DNA of 63,922 bases, the filler included, from an uncultured bacterium (GTDB lineage Bacteria; CAYUVA01), in NCBI GenBank assembly GCA_964448115.1. It is 4 parts of 4 records of this genome, joined end to end, with 100 filler letters (N's around TTAATTAATTAA, not from the genome) between each part and the next. Parts side by side here need not be neighbours in the genome. Positions count along the whole stretch, not along the records: positions 1 to 22,500 come from CAYUVA010000058.1; positions 22,601 to 45,081 come from CAYUVA010000059.1; 2 more parts are not named here. One strand, given 5' to 3'. The notes under the pieces are model-generated. The model was not told the origin of the DNA. It did not search any database and was given only the letters and a program-made list of their open reading frames with translations. The position numbers and the translations under genes were made by a program. How positions within the stretch are numbered: the first letter of the stretch is position 1; each line of letters starts with the position of its first letter. Positions 18,596 to 29,404 of this stretch are shown in pieces.

Positions 18596-20442
18596 GGGGC
18601 ATACAAAGCCATCGAACTGCCATTATTATATTTTTATGGTTGCTTCTTTTTCACTTGATTGCCAACACAGTTTGGCTAAGTGTTGATAACCAGACACCAA
18701 AGACGGACATCGAGTTTCATGTTCAAAGCGCTTTCCATTTTTACGATCATATCTTCGATTCCCCCTGCAAAGGGATAATTCCGCCTAACGCATCCTATCC
18801 CTACTTGACTTATGTACTGCCGGTTCCGCTGCTTGCATTGATTGGAAGGACAGTTGATGCGGTTATTCTTGGCTCATATTTCTGGTTGGCATGTTACCTT
18901 GTTTTCTCTTACCTAATCGCAAGCAGGCTTGCTGGCAGGGGTGCTGGATTGCTTGCAGCCTTTATCATCGGCACATATCCGATCATCTTCGGCATGTCTA
19001 GGCAGATCTGGCCGGACTATTCTCTTGGAGCAATGGTCGTGTTTGCGGTATGGGCGCTGCTTGCCAGCGAGCATCTGAAAAACAGGCGAATAAGCATTAT
19101 TCTTGGCATTGCAACTGGTCTTGCCATGTTATGCAAGATCACCTGGTTCGTATTTATAGAGCCTTTAATCATATTTACTCTTATCGCCGGGCTGTTCAAG
19201 CATCCTGAAGCTAGGCGGAGGATGATCATCAACCTGCTAATAGTGCATATCATCGCCATAGCCATCGGCGCTACCTGGTATGCCTCTCACCTACAGCCAG
19301 CGCTGGATTATGCTCGGTTGTGGAGCAGCGTCCCAAAGGATATCGAGCCGAGACAGGTATTCTCCTTAAAGGGATTCTTGTATTACCTAAGATTGCTCAT
19401 CAATACGCAGATCAGCTTCCTGTACTTTGTATTTTTCATCATTGCCGGGGGAGTTCTTATGTATAAATCTGCCAAACATCGACTCAATCTTGGTTTGGAT
19501 CTCCTGCTCATTGCGCTGTGGATCATCGTGCCATACTTATATCATTTCATGTTCGTAAAGAAGGTTACCCGCTACACGGTGCCTTATCTACCCGCTTTTG
19601 CAATAATAACCGCTGTTGGACTGATGGCAATAAAAAAAAAGACGCTCAGAAGGGCTGTGATTGCTTTGCTGATAGCGCTTGGTTGGTTTCAGTATCTCGC
19701 CTACAGCTTCGATCTCGGCAAGATTTCCAACATGACCATAAATCTTACACAAGCTGGTATTGTAGCTTATCACCCGCCTTATTACCTTTGGCTCGATGCC
19801 AGATATACGCCCACCGATAATAAGCAGGACAACCAGAGGCTGAAAAATCTTATAAAAGATATATCCACGGACTGGCAGGGGGATGAGCCGGCTGAGGTAA
19901 GGGTCATATTCAACAACTCGGCAGCAAATGCAATTACCTTCAACTACTACAAAGCCGAGATGTGCATCCGCAACCTGGATATCAATCCCTACGAGTGCTT
20001 CCCGGAGCCTGTATTTCCCGTGCTCCCCAGGGCGGATTACCTGCTATTGAGCAATGTTGATGGCTATGATGATCCAGGGGGCTATGTAGTCGGTCCCCCG
20101 ATGGAGGCGCTAGCGATGATCCGCGGGGCGGGCAAGGAGGTCTTTGATCGTCATTTTATGCTTATAAAGTCAGTATCCCTCAAAAATGGGATTGAGATTT
20201 ACTTGTACAAGAATCAGCGACACACACCTTTTGAAAACTCAAGAGATAAGTGCATTTATTTTTTAATAGCCAATTTCAATTTCTCCAGCGCATCACCACC
20301 GGCTATCTTGGTGGTTCGACAACCCTCAAACCTTAAGCAATTTTACTCCCAAAGAATGCAAAGTGTTATAGAAAATTTTTTGTTTGGTGCTGAAGTAAAT
20401 CAGCACATCCAGTTGAGAGAAAATCTCATTGGGATTTTTTAA
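18592..20442 (+). CDS. GT-C fold (GT39/ArnT-like) membrane glycosyltransferase
   Basis: About 11 TM helices, YPYLTY, GLLAAFIIGTYP, MLCKIT, RYTVPYLP motifs. Confidence 0.75.
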   Translation: MRGIQSHRTAIIIFLWLLLFHLIANTVWLSVDNQTPKTDIEFHVQSAFHFYDHIFDSPCKGIIPPNASYPYLTYVLPVPLLALIGRTVDAVILGSYFWLACYLVFSYLIASRLAGRGAGLLAAFIIGTYPIIFGMSRQIWPDYSLGAMVVFAVWALLASEHLKNRRISIILGIATGLAMLCKITWFVFIEPLIIFTLIAGLFKHPEARRRMIINLLIVHIIAIAIGATWYASHLQPALDYARLWSSVPKDIEPRQVFSLKGFLYYLRLLINTQISFLYFVFFIIAGGVLMYKSAKHRLNLGLDLLLIALWIIVPYLYHFMFVKKVTRYTVPYLPAFAIITAVGLMAIKKKTLRRAVIALLIALGWFQYLAYSFDLGKISNMTINLTQAGIVAYHPPYYLWLDARYTPTDNKQDNQRLKNLIKDISTDWQGDEPAEVRVIFNNSAANAITFNYYKAEMCIRNLDINPYECFPEPVFPVLPRADYLLLSNVDGYDDPGGYVVGPPMEALAMIRGAGKEVFDRHFMLIKSVSLKNGIEIYLYKNQRHTPFENSRDKCIYFLIANFNFSSASPPAILVVRQPSNLKQFYSQRMQSVIENFLFGAEVNQHIQLRENLIGIF

Positions 20443-20546
20443 TATAAAATGCTATATAATTCCTTGTTGTGAATATATAATGGTTATTTTACTGCTTTTT
20501 ACTCAACTTTTAATGGAGTTATATATTAGCCAAAAGGAGTCTGAGC

Positions 20547-22500
20547 GTGATTAGACAATGTTCGCTAATGGTTTTTATACTCTTTATACTTGTTATTCAT
20601 TGCAGTCATATCCGGGCTGCAACCATAACCGTGGGGCATGGTGGCGGTTATGACTACTCTAGCATTACAGATGCGCTTGATGCAGCTAGCTTCGGGGATA
20701 CAATACTGGTTGCCGATGGCAATTACACGATTAGCACTGGCGAGACTTTCCCGCTCAATATGAAAGAAGGTGTAGTGCTCAAGCGGGAAAACGATGGCAT
20801 CCTTCCTAGGATCGGCGCCTGGGGTTCAGGCAAGCGCGTCTTTCTTTGTGAGATGCTCTCTGTCGGCTCTGGTAGCAAAGTCGAGGGCTTTTATGTCACC
20901 GGCGGAGATGCTAGCGATGTTTCTGATAACTACCAGGGGGGTGGAGGTTTTTATATTTACTACTCCGAGCTGACCATCCAAGGTTGCGTAATCACCGGCA
21001 ATAAGGGGCGCTGGGGTGGAGGTATCAAGTTCGAGTCCAGCCCATCCAGCTTCATCATCGACTCGACCATCAGCGGCAATAAGGCGACCGATTACTACGG
21101 CGGAGCCATGCACATAAGCGGCTCATCACCTATCATCTCCAACTGCAATATGAACCGCAATATAGCCAAAGTCAGCGGCGCAATCCACTGCGTCAACAAC
21201 TGTTATCCCATCCTGCTCGACTGCAACATAACCCACAACTCAGGAGGGCAGGCAGCCGGCGGAATAAAGTTCTTCCTTCACTCCAGCGGCTATATGAGCA
21301 ACTGTAACATCAGTTGGAACAACTCTGATGGCGGTGGTGGGATCCTGATCGATAACGCCAAGCCGGAGATCGATAACTGTACAATTATAGGCAACAACGC
21401 TAAGGATGGCGGAGGGATCTATTTTTACAATACGACCTCAACCCTGGTGAGAAATTGTCTAATAGCAGATAATCAGGCAACAGTCTATTACGGCGGCGGG
21501 GTTTACAGTCGCTCCTCATCCCCGATCTTGTCCAACTGTACTATTACCGGTAACCAGGGTGATTATGGCGCCGGGATATCCTGTTATGGTGATCGTAATA
21601 TGACCGCGATAAACTGCGTTATCAATGATAATGTCGGGATCTATGGCGGAGGTATATTCTGCATGTCCTCCCCACCGGAGATAATAAATTGTGTGATAAC
21701 CAATAATACAGCCAGCTACGGGGGAGCGCTCTACTTGACAAGCAGTTCCGCACCTACGCTTACCAACTCGATTCTATGGAACAACTCCCCACAAGAGATC
21801 TATGTGGCCTCTGGAAGCCCCACTGTTACCTATTGCGATGTCGAGGGCGGATATGCAGGGACCGGGAATATGGACGAAAATCCATTGTTTGTAAGCTCGA
21901 ACGAAGATTTCCACCTGACCGGCAGCTCCCCTTGCATAGATGTCGGCACCGATGCTGGAGTCTATTATGATTTCGATAACGAGCCGCGCCCGGACTCGGT
22001 AAGCGGGTTGCAGGATATCGGTGCAGATGAGTATTATGGAGTCCCTGAAGCGACCATAACACCCTCACAAACTCCAACTCTAACCCCTACCCGAACACCG
22101 ACGGTAACAAAGACAGCAACCCCGACTTCAGAAATCACCGGGACTCCAACAATCACCCCCACTGCAACCCAAACCATTACCCCTACTATTACCGCGACCA
22201 GCACATTGATCCCCACCGCAACAGCCACCGCGACCCAGACATCGCTGCCCACATCAACGCCAACGATGACAACAACCACAACCGCAACCGACCTGCCTAG
22301 TAAAACCCCGACACCTACCCCGACAAGCACTACGACTGCGTTTTTAACCTCAACCCCGACCAGTACGGCGACTCAGACCCCTACCAGCTATCCAACCAAC
22401 ACGCCGACTATCACCGTGCATCCCAGTCTTACGCCTAGTTTCACACAAACCCCTACTTCCACACCGGTAGCTAAACCTGTCATCTTGATAGGCGGATATA
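20547..22500 (+). CDS. Secreted parallel beta-helix repeat protein with long Thr/Pro linker; C-terminal domain cut by the contig end
   Basis: Signal peptide, DYSSITDAL, many N...GGGI repeats, DIGADE, ~150-aa T/P/S tract, then KPVILIGGY before the Ns. Confidence 0.8.
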
Positions 22501-22600
22501 NNNNNNNNNNNNNNNNNNNNNNNNNNNNNNNNNNNNNNNNNNNNTTAATTAATTAANNNNNNNNNNNNNNNNNNNNNNNNNNNNNNNNNNNNNNNNNNNN
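22501..22600. other. Artificial contig-joining spacer
   Basis: N44-TTAATTAATTAA-N44, a linker with stops in all frames. Confidence 0.97.
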
Positions 22601-24667
22601 CCAGTATAATGCTTTCTCAATATCACAATTATTATGAATTTTCTTTAAAACCTTACCCTTCATTTTCGTATCTAAAGTATCTCTAATATTTTTCTTTCGA
22701 TCAGCCTTGAACTCTGTAGAATGAATGATTTTCAGGTTCTTGTTTTTATAATGTTGATAAAGAATTTTAAAATCATTTAATATTCCCTTTACATCTAAAA
22801 CAGAGTCTTTTATAGTTTTAGATATTATATCATCTTTCCTCAACTTTTTTAGGAGGTAATTATCTATAATTTCTTTTGTTGCTCCAATGTTAAGCTCAAA
22901 TAGAGATTTCTTTCCTTGGTCAATATCATTATCCAGTAGTTTACTTGTTTCATTCACCGTATCTTTCCTGTTTTCTTCAAATAATTCAATTTGAAATGTA
23001 ATTGCATCAAGCCAAACCTTCAGATATTGCTCTAGTTCTTTATAAATTTTTATGATAGCATAAGAATTAATTTCAACCATATCCGCCTGGAGATATTTAT
23101 TGATGAAACTATCTGGATTACCAATACCATTAACATCTATAATATCATTCAATTTTCTAATCCTTTTTCGCTTCCAACCTTTTAGATCTGTGATCTGATT
23201 CTTAATTTTTTCTAGCCTCTGAGGCATTTTTTCATTTTCCTGGACTGATGCGATATCATCCTCTATATCTTCTCTATTTGCTTTTATCTCAGTGATCAAA
23301 TCCTCCAACCAGATCTTGCAAAACCCAAACAGACCTTTTTCTAAAAATACTTCTGTTCTATATTTATCAATCTCTTTTTTTGTATCATCAATGATTTTGT
23401 TACTTTGTTGTGTTATATTTTCTGAAATTTTTGACAATCCATTTTTATAAATATCCATGATGCTCTGTATTTCTTTACCAGCTATATCTGGATCACAGTC
23501 AACATTAAATTTTGTGATAGCTTTACTTAAATCTTCCTTAAGTTTATCCCATGTTTGCTTAAAACTATCATTTAATTGATCCGCATTTTTTTCTTGTAGT
23601 TTATTATCACTCATAAACTTAAATACATGTTGCTTATAAAAATCATCTTTTGTATTAATATTTAGAAGGCTGAAATTTTCTGATTGGCTTAGGTAATCCA
23701 GCCCTTCAGAACATAGCTTGGTTATACAATATTTTTCTACTCTATCTATAGGGAAAACCAATCTGGAGGTACCAAAGCAATAATAATGATTTCTTCTGAC
23801 ATCCGCATTAGCATCCAGCCACCTCTCGAAACATGCTTGATCTTGTGATTGTTCAATTAAGTTTGCTACACAATGGCTGATAAAATCTACATAATCTGTG
23901 TAGGCATTAAGATTCTTATTATTTTGATTATATTTTTGGATTAAATAAAATGAATTATACGGAGATACCACATTATTTAATATTATATTATTAGAAATAT
24001 TACTCTTATATTCAATAATATACCTTTTACTAGTAGTCTTATTCCAATAATCCAACTCGGTTAGAGCAGCTATATTATTGGCTCTGCATTTTAATAATTT
24101 GTTATGAGAAAGGAAATCATCAATAACGGTAGTATCCATAAAAACCCCATAAACCTTAATATCATCATACCTATATCTTATATAATAAGCCAAATCAAGA
24201 AAAATACCCCCTCCAGTTCCATTAGAAAGACATCCACAAAGATATATTTGAAGTCTTTGAGCAATATTTTGATCTCTAGCTAAATTACGAAGATCTCTTA
24301 CAGCTACATCCAATTTATCATCAAATAGACGAATAAGATTAGCATTGGCACATAATCTACCAAAAATCCTTATTGCGCCGGTTCCTCCGCTTAGGTCATC
24401 CACCATCAATCCATTATACCACCAATTTAGGAAATCATTATCATTTTTACGGCTGTTAATATATTTATTGGCTGGAAAATTGCTTCCTAGACTGATATTC
24501 TCGTCAGCATCCAGTGAACCCTCGATCTGGATCGCGCTTTCAATCCCAAAAAATTTGACCATGCTGGTATCGATACTTTGTCTTCTCTCTATGTGTTTCT
24601 TCACCTTGCTGGCGATCTTGCAGCCAGTTCCCCCTATACCAATGACTATTGTTCCAGGTGTCGGCAT
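22601..24667 (-). CDS. Tubulin/FtsZ-like GTPase (Tubulin_2/FtsZl1 type) with long helical C-terminal extension; 3' truncated
   Basis: VIGIGGTGCK, GGTGAIRIFGRL, CLSNGTGGGIFLD (tubulin signature-like), ANNIAALTELD; AGGAGG SD. Confidence 0.85.
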
Positions 24668-24684
24668 CTTATACCTCCTGTTGG

Positions 24685-27045
24685 TTATAGTTTGTAAGTG
24701 ATTTTTAGGTCATTATACTCGATAATATTATCGAAGTCAAGCCTTTTTTGCCTGCCAATATTATAATTTATTCCCCCTATGGATACCGCGCTATTAGCGA
24801 CTGTAAAGACTAATCTTTTGTCTCGCGTAGGCTTTACATAACCTATTATTTTATCCAGATTATCAAAACTTATATCAGCAGTTCTCCCTCCGACGCTCAA
24901 GCCCTTGGGTCTGATCCCTCGTTTTAGCCTGCAAGCAATAGTATTATAGGAAATCAGCGACTTGATATCGTTGTTTTCCTTATCTATCAGGTAATGATTC
25001 TTAAAGGGAGGAAGTATCATAAAGGTGTAGATTAAAAACAATACTATTATTATAATCAATGCGATAACTAACCAAACCCATAAAGGGACCGGCTTGAATA
25101 CCTTGAACTGTACTGGTAGTGCTATCGCTCCTTTGGGATACTTACCGCCTGCAATTCCAAGGCGATCTCCCTTGACATCAAGCTCATTATTTTCGCTGGA
25201 CAGAATGAATCGATACTGGTGCTCTCCCTTGCTCACCCCTTTATCCAGGGTAAGCTTCTGCTGGATCTCTACCATGCCTGCTTCGCATTCCGCTTTTATT
25301 TGCCATGAGTTATCACCCAACTTGGTTAGGCAGGGATTATCAAGAAGCTCAACCCTTGCACCTTTGGGGAATTCCTTGCCTGTATCAAGATCGATACGAA
25401 GCCTGGAGCGAGCATCCTGGGCAGCCTGATTGAATGTGAAGCTGAGCTTCGAGGTTCTGCTATAAGGAAGATCGTCCACCGAGATATCTCCAAAGATTAT
25501 TGGAATTGTTGTCCCCTCCGAAGGCTTTATCTCAACGCTCTTGACCTGGATTTCGTAAATAAAGGGAATATAATACCTCTCCTGTTGGTTGACTATTTCC
25601 TTGAAGATATTTCCTTCCAGCGTCATTTTCTTTGTTCCTGTCAACCCGAATTCAATATTTCCCTTGTATTCTCCTCCGGGTACAGCGAGCGGCGGATCAA
25701 TACCGATGACAAAGGAGGTCAACTCAGGGGTAATGACAAGCTCCTTTTGTCGTGGAGTTTCAGGGGTCTGGCTAAGGTAAACATGCTGACCGGTAACAAG
25801 CGGAAACCGGAGCCTCTTGTCCATCTTGATGGAGGCTTTCAGCTCGAAACCATCTTCAAGCGCAGTGGCGTTTGGTTCAAGTCTTATCTCCTGCACCTGG
25901 TTCTCGTCGTCGAACAAGAGCGCAGAGGTCTGGTCATCAAGAGCGGTTGTTAGAACAATTATCGGATTCTCCTTATAATCAAAGGAAAATTTGATATTTG
26001 GCGGATTGAATTTGACCTCGCAACCAGGGCACTCCCCGACAAACTTAAAGGTGAGAATCCCATGGTGCGAACCTTGCTCAAGCGATCGTAGAGGATCGAC
26101 CTGCACAGCAAGCTTAATCTTGAAATCCTCTACAGAGTAATCAATATCACGCAGATCAATATGCCTAGGCTCCACGGTGCAGACTGCATATCTAGAGATC
26201 GAAGACTCCAACGATAAAGTAATTTTACCTTTAAGATCCCTCAATTGATTAGTGCCTTGAATCAAGAGCGGATATCCGATTCTTCCAATTGTATCTCCCG
26301 GTTTAACATGGTCGAACATATTTCCAAACGGGATCTCTACGAAGGGACACAGGAATAATCTGATCTCATAAAAAATAGCTTTCTTGGGATCAGGCACATT
26401 AACTCGCTCGATATTGGGTTCCTCTTCGATGAATTGCTCCATCAGCCTGTTCGGTTTTGAGTGGGGTCCTAAGGTTATTATCCGGATAAAAACATCCTTA
26501 TCAGCGCTATGAAATAGTCTTTTCACCTTATCCAAGGTGGTTACATGGGGAGGCGTATTATCGTCTCCATCAGTGAAGAAATAGATTACCTGATAATGCT
26601 CTCCATCTGGAAGATTTCTCTCAATCCGCGCGCACCAGTTTAATGCAGCCTCTAGGGCGTTATAGATCCATGTATTCGCACCTGTTGCATCCAAATCCTG
26701 GATGAAAGACCCGGCATTTTCACGGTCGATACTGCTGATATCAATCAGTTCTTTTGTCTTCTGAACACCAGTATCAAAGGTCATTAGATATAAATTTACA
26801 CCATTTCGGATGGCTTGCTTGTTGCCGATATATTTATCGAGCAGGCATTGCTTGACCTCCTGCCAGATATCTCTCTGCGGGTAATAATTGCCACCAATTC
26901 TTCCTTTCATACTGCCAGAGGTATCGATGACGATAACGATATCCTCGTAGTATCTATCATCAAACTTCTTAGCATAGGCTGAGGTGAACAAAAGAAATAC
27001 CAGACATACAGCGATCATTATTTTTACAAAGCCCGTTTTAACCAT
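24685..27045 (-). CDS. Secreted/membrane-anchored vWA domain protein with Ig-like stalk, TM helix and cytoplasmic beta (possibly FHA-like) tail
   Basis: Likely start ATG 27045 (GAGGAGAGGGG SD, signal peptide); MIDAS DTSGS...T...FTDG; TM WVWLVIALIIIIVLFLIYTF. Confidence 0.82.
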   Translation of the reverse strand: MVKTGFVKIMIAVCLVFLLFTSAYAKKFDDRYYEDIVIVIDTSGSMKGRIGGNYYPQRDIWQEVKQCLLDKYIGNKQAIRNGVNLYLMTFDTGVQKTKELIDISSIDRENAGSFIQDLDATGANTWIYNALEAALNWCARIERNLPDGEHYQVIYFFTDGDDNTPPHVTTLDKVKRLFHSADKDVFIRIITLGPHSKPNRLMEQFIEEEPNIERVNVPDPKKAIFYEIRLFLCPFVEIPFGNMFDHVKPGDTIGRIGYPLLIQGTNQLRDLKGKITLSLESSISRYAVCTVEPRHIDLRDIDYSVEDFKIKLAVQVDPLRSLEQGSHHGILTFKFVGECPGCEVKFNPPNIKFSFDYKENPIIVLTTALDDQTSALLFDDENQVQEIRLEPNATALEDGFELKASIKMDKRLRFPLVTGQHVYLSQTPETPRQKELVITPELTSFVIGIDPPLAVPGGEYKGNIEFGLTGTKKMTLEGNIFKEIVNQQERYYIPFIYEIQVKSVEIKPSEGTTIPIIFGDISVDDLPYSRTSKLSFTFNQAAQDARSRLRIDLDTGKEFPKGARVELLDNPCLTKLGDNSWQIKAECEAGMVEIQQKLTLDKGVSKGEHQYRFILSSENNELDVKGDRLGIAGGKYPKGAIALPVQFKVFKPVPLWVWLVIALIIIIVLFLIYTFMILPPFKNHYLIDKENNDIKSLISYNTIACRLKRGIRPKGLSVGGRTADISFDNLDKIIGYVKPTRDKRLVFTVANSAVSIGGINYNIGRQKRLDFDNIIEYNDLKITYKL

Positions 27046-27070
27046 ACCCCTCTCCTCAATCATAATATGA

Positions 27071-27256
27071 TCACTTTGCATAGCCAGTTCCCTTGCATAC
27101 TGGACAATAGACGACATCATCATGCCCCTCGCCATTACAGGCTGCACAAGGCGTAGGAGGCTCCGGAACATCAACATAGCCATCGCCGCCGCACGCCTGG
27201 CAGGTGCGTCCGTAAAACTTGCCTGTTCCATCACAGGATTTACACTTTACTAACAT
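27071..27256 (-). CDS. Stand-alone DnaJ-type zinc-finger protein (61 aa)
   Basis: Four CxxCxGxG motifs: CKSCDGTG, CQACGGDG, CAACNGEG, CPVCKGTG. Confidence 0.85.
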   Translation of the reverse strand: MLVKCKSCDGTGKFYGRTCQACGGDGYVDVPEPPTPCAACNGEGHDDVVYCPVCKGTGYAK

Positions 27257-27283
27257 ATCGAGACCTTCAAGAGTGTTTATACT

Positions 27284-28039
27284 TTAATCGTTTCCTATTA
27301 TACCTGGCTTCTTCAGCATTTCAAGCAAATTCAGCAGATGCTGCTTGAGTTTGCTTAGCTCCTCAGAGCCTTTTATCGCTTCCAGATCTCTTAGCAATTG
27401 TTCCAACAAGAGCTGGGCTTCCTGCTTGGATATTATTGATGACGGATCTTCTTTATAAGACTCCAAAGAGTTGATAAGTCGCTCATACCGTTTCTTTATC
27501 TCATCATCAATCTTCTCCAGCTCAGGTAAGATGCGCCCTAAACACGATTTCACATCGTCAATTCTTTGTCTTAGTTGCTCGGAAAACTGCTTGAATTCCT
27601 CAGAATCGACTAGATCTTTGTATGCCTTAGCCGCCTTTTGAATCAGCACCTCTGCCTTGGACTCAACACCTTGAATTCTATCTCCCTTGGCAATGGGTGG
27701 TGCCTTTAGATCTATTACATAAGCCCCCAGGCGCTTCTTACCCATCATCCCAGGATCATCCTCTATGATGAAACAGGTATCACTAGTAAGTATTTCTCGA
27801 TACTTCGGGTATATCTTTACCCTGGCAGCGAACTTGTTATAGCTTATCAGTTCGACTTTGATTACCTCGCCGATGCGCGTGTTGCTTGCATAAACCCCAT
27901 CACCTTCGGTAAGACCTTTACTATCCTTGAATATCACTGTAAAGGTCAATGCGTCAAGATGCTGTGGAAGAAATATAATACCAAGAACAATAGCAATCGA
28001 AACAACGGCTGTCAGGATCACGATTACAGCCTTGCTCAT
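27284..28039 (-). CDS. MlaD/MCE domain protein with C-terminal coiled coil
   Basis: N-terminal TM; FKDSKGLTEGDGVYASNTRIGEV is an MCE-type motif; helical C-terminal half. Confidence 0.78.
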   Translation of the reverse strand: MSKAVIVILTAVVSIAIVLGIIFLPQHLDALTFTVIFKDSKGLTEGDGVYASNTRIGEVIKVELISYNKFAARVKIYPKYREILTSDTCFIIEDDPGMMGKKRLGAYVIDLKAPPIAKGDRIQGVESKAEVLIQKAAKAYKDLVDSEEFKQFSEQLRQRIDDVKSCLGRILPELEKIDDEIKKRYERLINSLESYKEDPSSIISKQEAQLLLEQLLRDLEAIKGSEELSKLKQHLLNLLEMLKKPGIIGND

Positions 28040-28207
28040 CCATCTCTTCCTTTATCCAAGTTCAACCTCTTGTCCTCATCAATATTCATAGTTATAAATA
28101 GGCATGTTACCTTTTTTATATTATTTATAAAAAGAAAAGCAGATGTCAATAGGGAAATAACATCTTTCAATTTTATCATTACATCGCTTTCCTTGAGGGA
28201 TAAGATT

Positions 28208-28297
28208 GAGATTGCTTCGCTTAGCTCGCAATGACAAGGCATGGAACTTCTTGGACATTGTGAGACAGACTCCGCTGGGAGAGGGTTAGGGTGAGGG
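28208..28297. repeat. Two REP-like short palindromic repeat remnants
   Basis: GAGATTGCTTCGCTTAGCTCGCAATGAC (28208-28235) and GGGAGAGGGTTAGGGTGAGGG (28277-28297) resemble widespread REP-type intergenic repeats. Confidence 0.5.
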
Positions 28298-28429
28298 TCT
28301 TTAAACTGTAAAGTGGACAGTATCAGATTTCAGACTTTGGCCTCTATAGCATTAAAAATCTTAAATGGTATAATTAGGTTGTCTTTTTTGTCTTTATTAG
28401 TGGCAGTTGAATAAAGGAGCTATGGAACT

Positions 28430-29398
28430 ATGAGAAGCAGATCGATAATTAGCCTTTTACTTTTGGGGCTGCTGCTAATATTGCCAGCAGGCTGCGAGAA
28501 GAAGAATGCCAAAGGTAAGGTTAGCAAAGGCAAGGTCGCTCCTGCCGAGCTTATCGCTCCTCAGTCCATAATTGGCGGGTACGGCATGGAGCCGGGACAG
28601 TTCAACGAGCCTAGAGACATCGATGTTGACTCCAAGGGCAATCTATACATCGCTGATTTCAGGAACTACTGCGTCCAGGTGCTGGATCCCAATGGCAAAC
28701 CTATCCGTAAGTTCGGCACCAAAGGAGCCAGGCAGGGGCAGTTCAACGACCTTTGTGGCATAGCCGTTGCAGACGACGGAAAGATCTTCGTGGCTGACAC
28801 CTGGAACCACCGAATCCAAGTCTTCGATAATAACGGAACATTTTTAAGCATGCTTCCTGGCTCTTTTGTAGCGCCAAGGGGCGTGGATATCGACTCCCAG
28901 GGGGATATCTATGTGGCTGATAGCGGCAACAACCAGATAAAGATATTCAGCCCCGGTTACCAGTTGCTCCATGCCTGGGGGGAGCTTGGAAAAGGTCCCG
29001 GTCAGTTCAGCGAGCCGGTCGGCATCATAGTAAGGGGCGAAACCATCTATGTAGCCGACAATGACAATCGCCGGATGCAGATGTTCGACCTGAAGGGCAA
29101 ATTCAAACAACAGTTGCAAATAGATGGCTGGACCGCGAAAGGACCTCGTGAGCCGTACTTCGATTTAGATGATCAGGGAAATATGTTTGTAAGCGATCCC
29201 CCAGGCGACAGGGTGTTTATGATCTCCAAGCTCGGCAAGGTGCTCAGGGTCTTCGGTGGCGCCGGCGGGGAGCCGGGCAGGATGCACATGCCGACAGGCG
29301 TGGCAGTCGATCCCAAGCGTGGCTGGGTTTATATAACCGATACCTGGAACCACCGCATTCAGAAGTTCTCGCTGCAAAGCATCGCTAACAGGAAGTAG
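28430..29398 (+). CDS. NHL-repeat beta-propeller lipoprotein
   Basis: Lipobox-like LPAG-C; repeated GQFxxPxG/DI...YxADxxNxRIQ units. Confidence 0.9.
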   Translation: MRSRSIISLLLLGLLLILPAGCEKKNAKGKVSKGKVAPAELIAPQSIIGGYGMEPGQFNEPRDIDVDSKGNLYIADFRNYCVQVLDPNGKPIRKFGTKGARQGQFNDLCGIAVADDGKIFVADTWNHRIQVFDNNGTFLSMLPGSFVAPRGVDIDSQGDIYVADSGNNQIKIFSPGYQLLHAWGELGKGPGQFSEPVGIIVRGETIYVADNDNRRMQMFDLKGKFKQQLQIDGWTAKGPREPYFDLDDQGNMFVSDPPGDRVFMISKLGKVLRVFGGAGGEPGRMHMPTGVAVDPKRGWVYITDTWNHRIQKFSLQSIANRK

Positions 29399-29404
29399 CT
29401 GCTT

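Noticed and set aside
22050-22470. ACNCCN-rich quasi-repeats here and in the other linkers as a possible CRISPR or VNTR
   Set aside because: Degenerate codons for Thr/Pro linkers; no constant repeat with unique spacers.
22501-22600. TTAATTAATTAA palindrome within Ns, repeated at 45082-45181 and 60183-60282
   Set aside because: Identical 100-nt artificial joiner, not biological; ORF ends such as 'LIN' and neighbourhoods across it are artefacts.
27046-27234. N-terminal extension of the vWA ORF given in the track
   Set aside because: Overlaps the Zn-finger gene; the SD and signal peptide point to ATG 27045.
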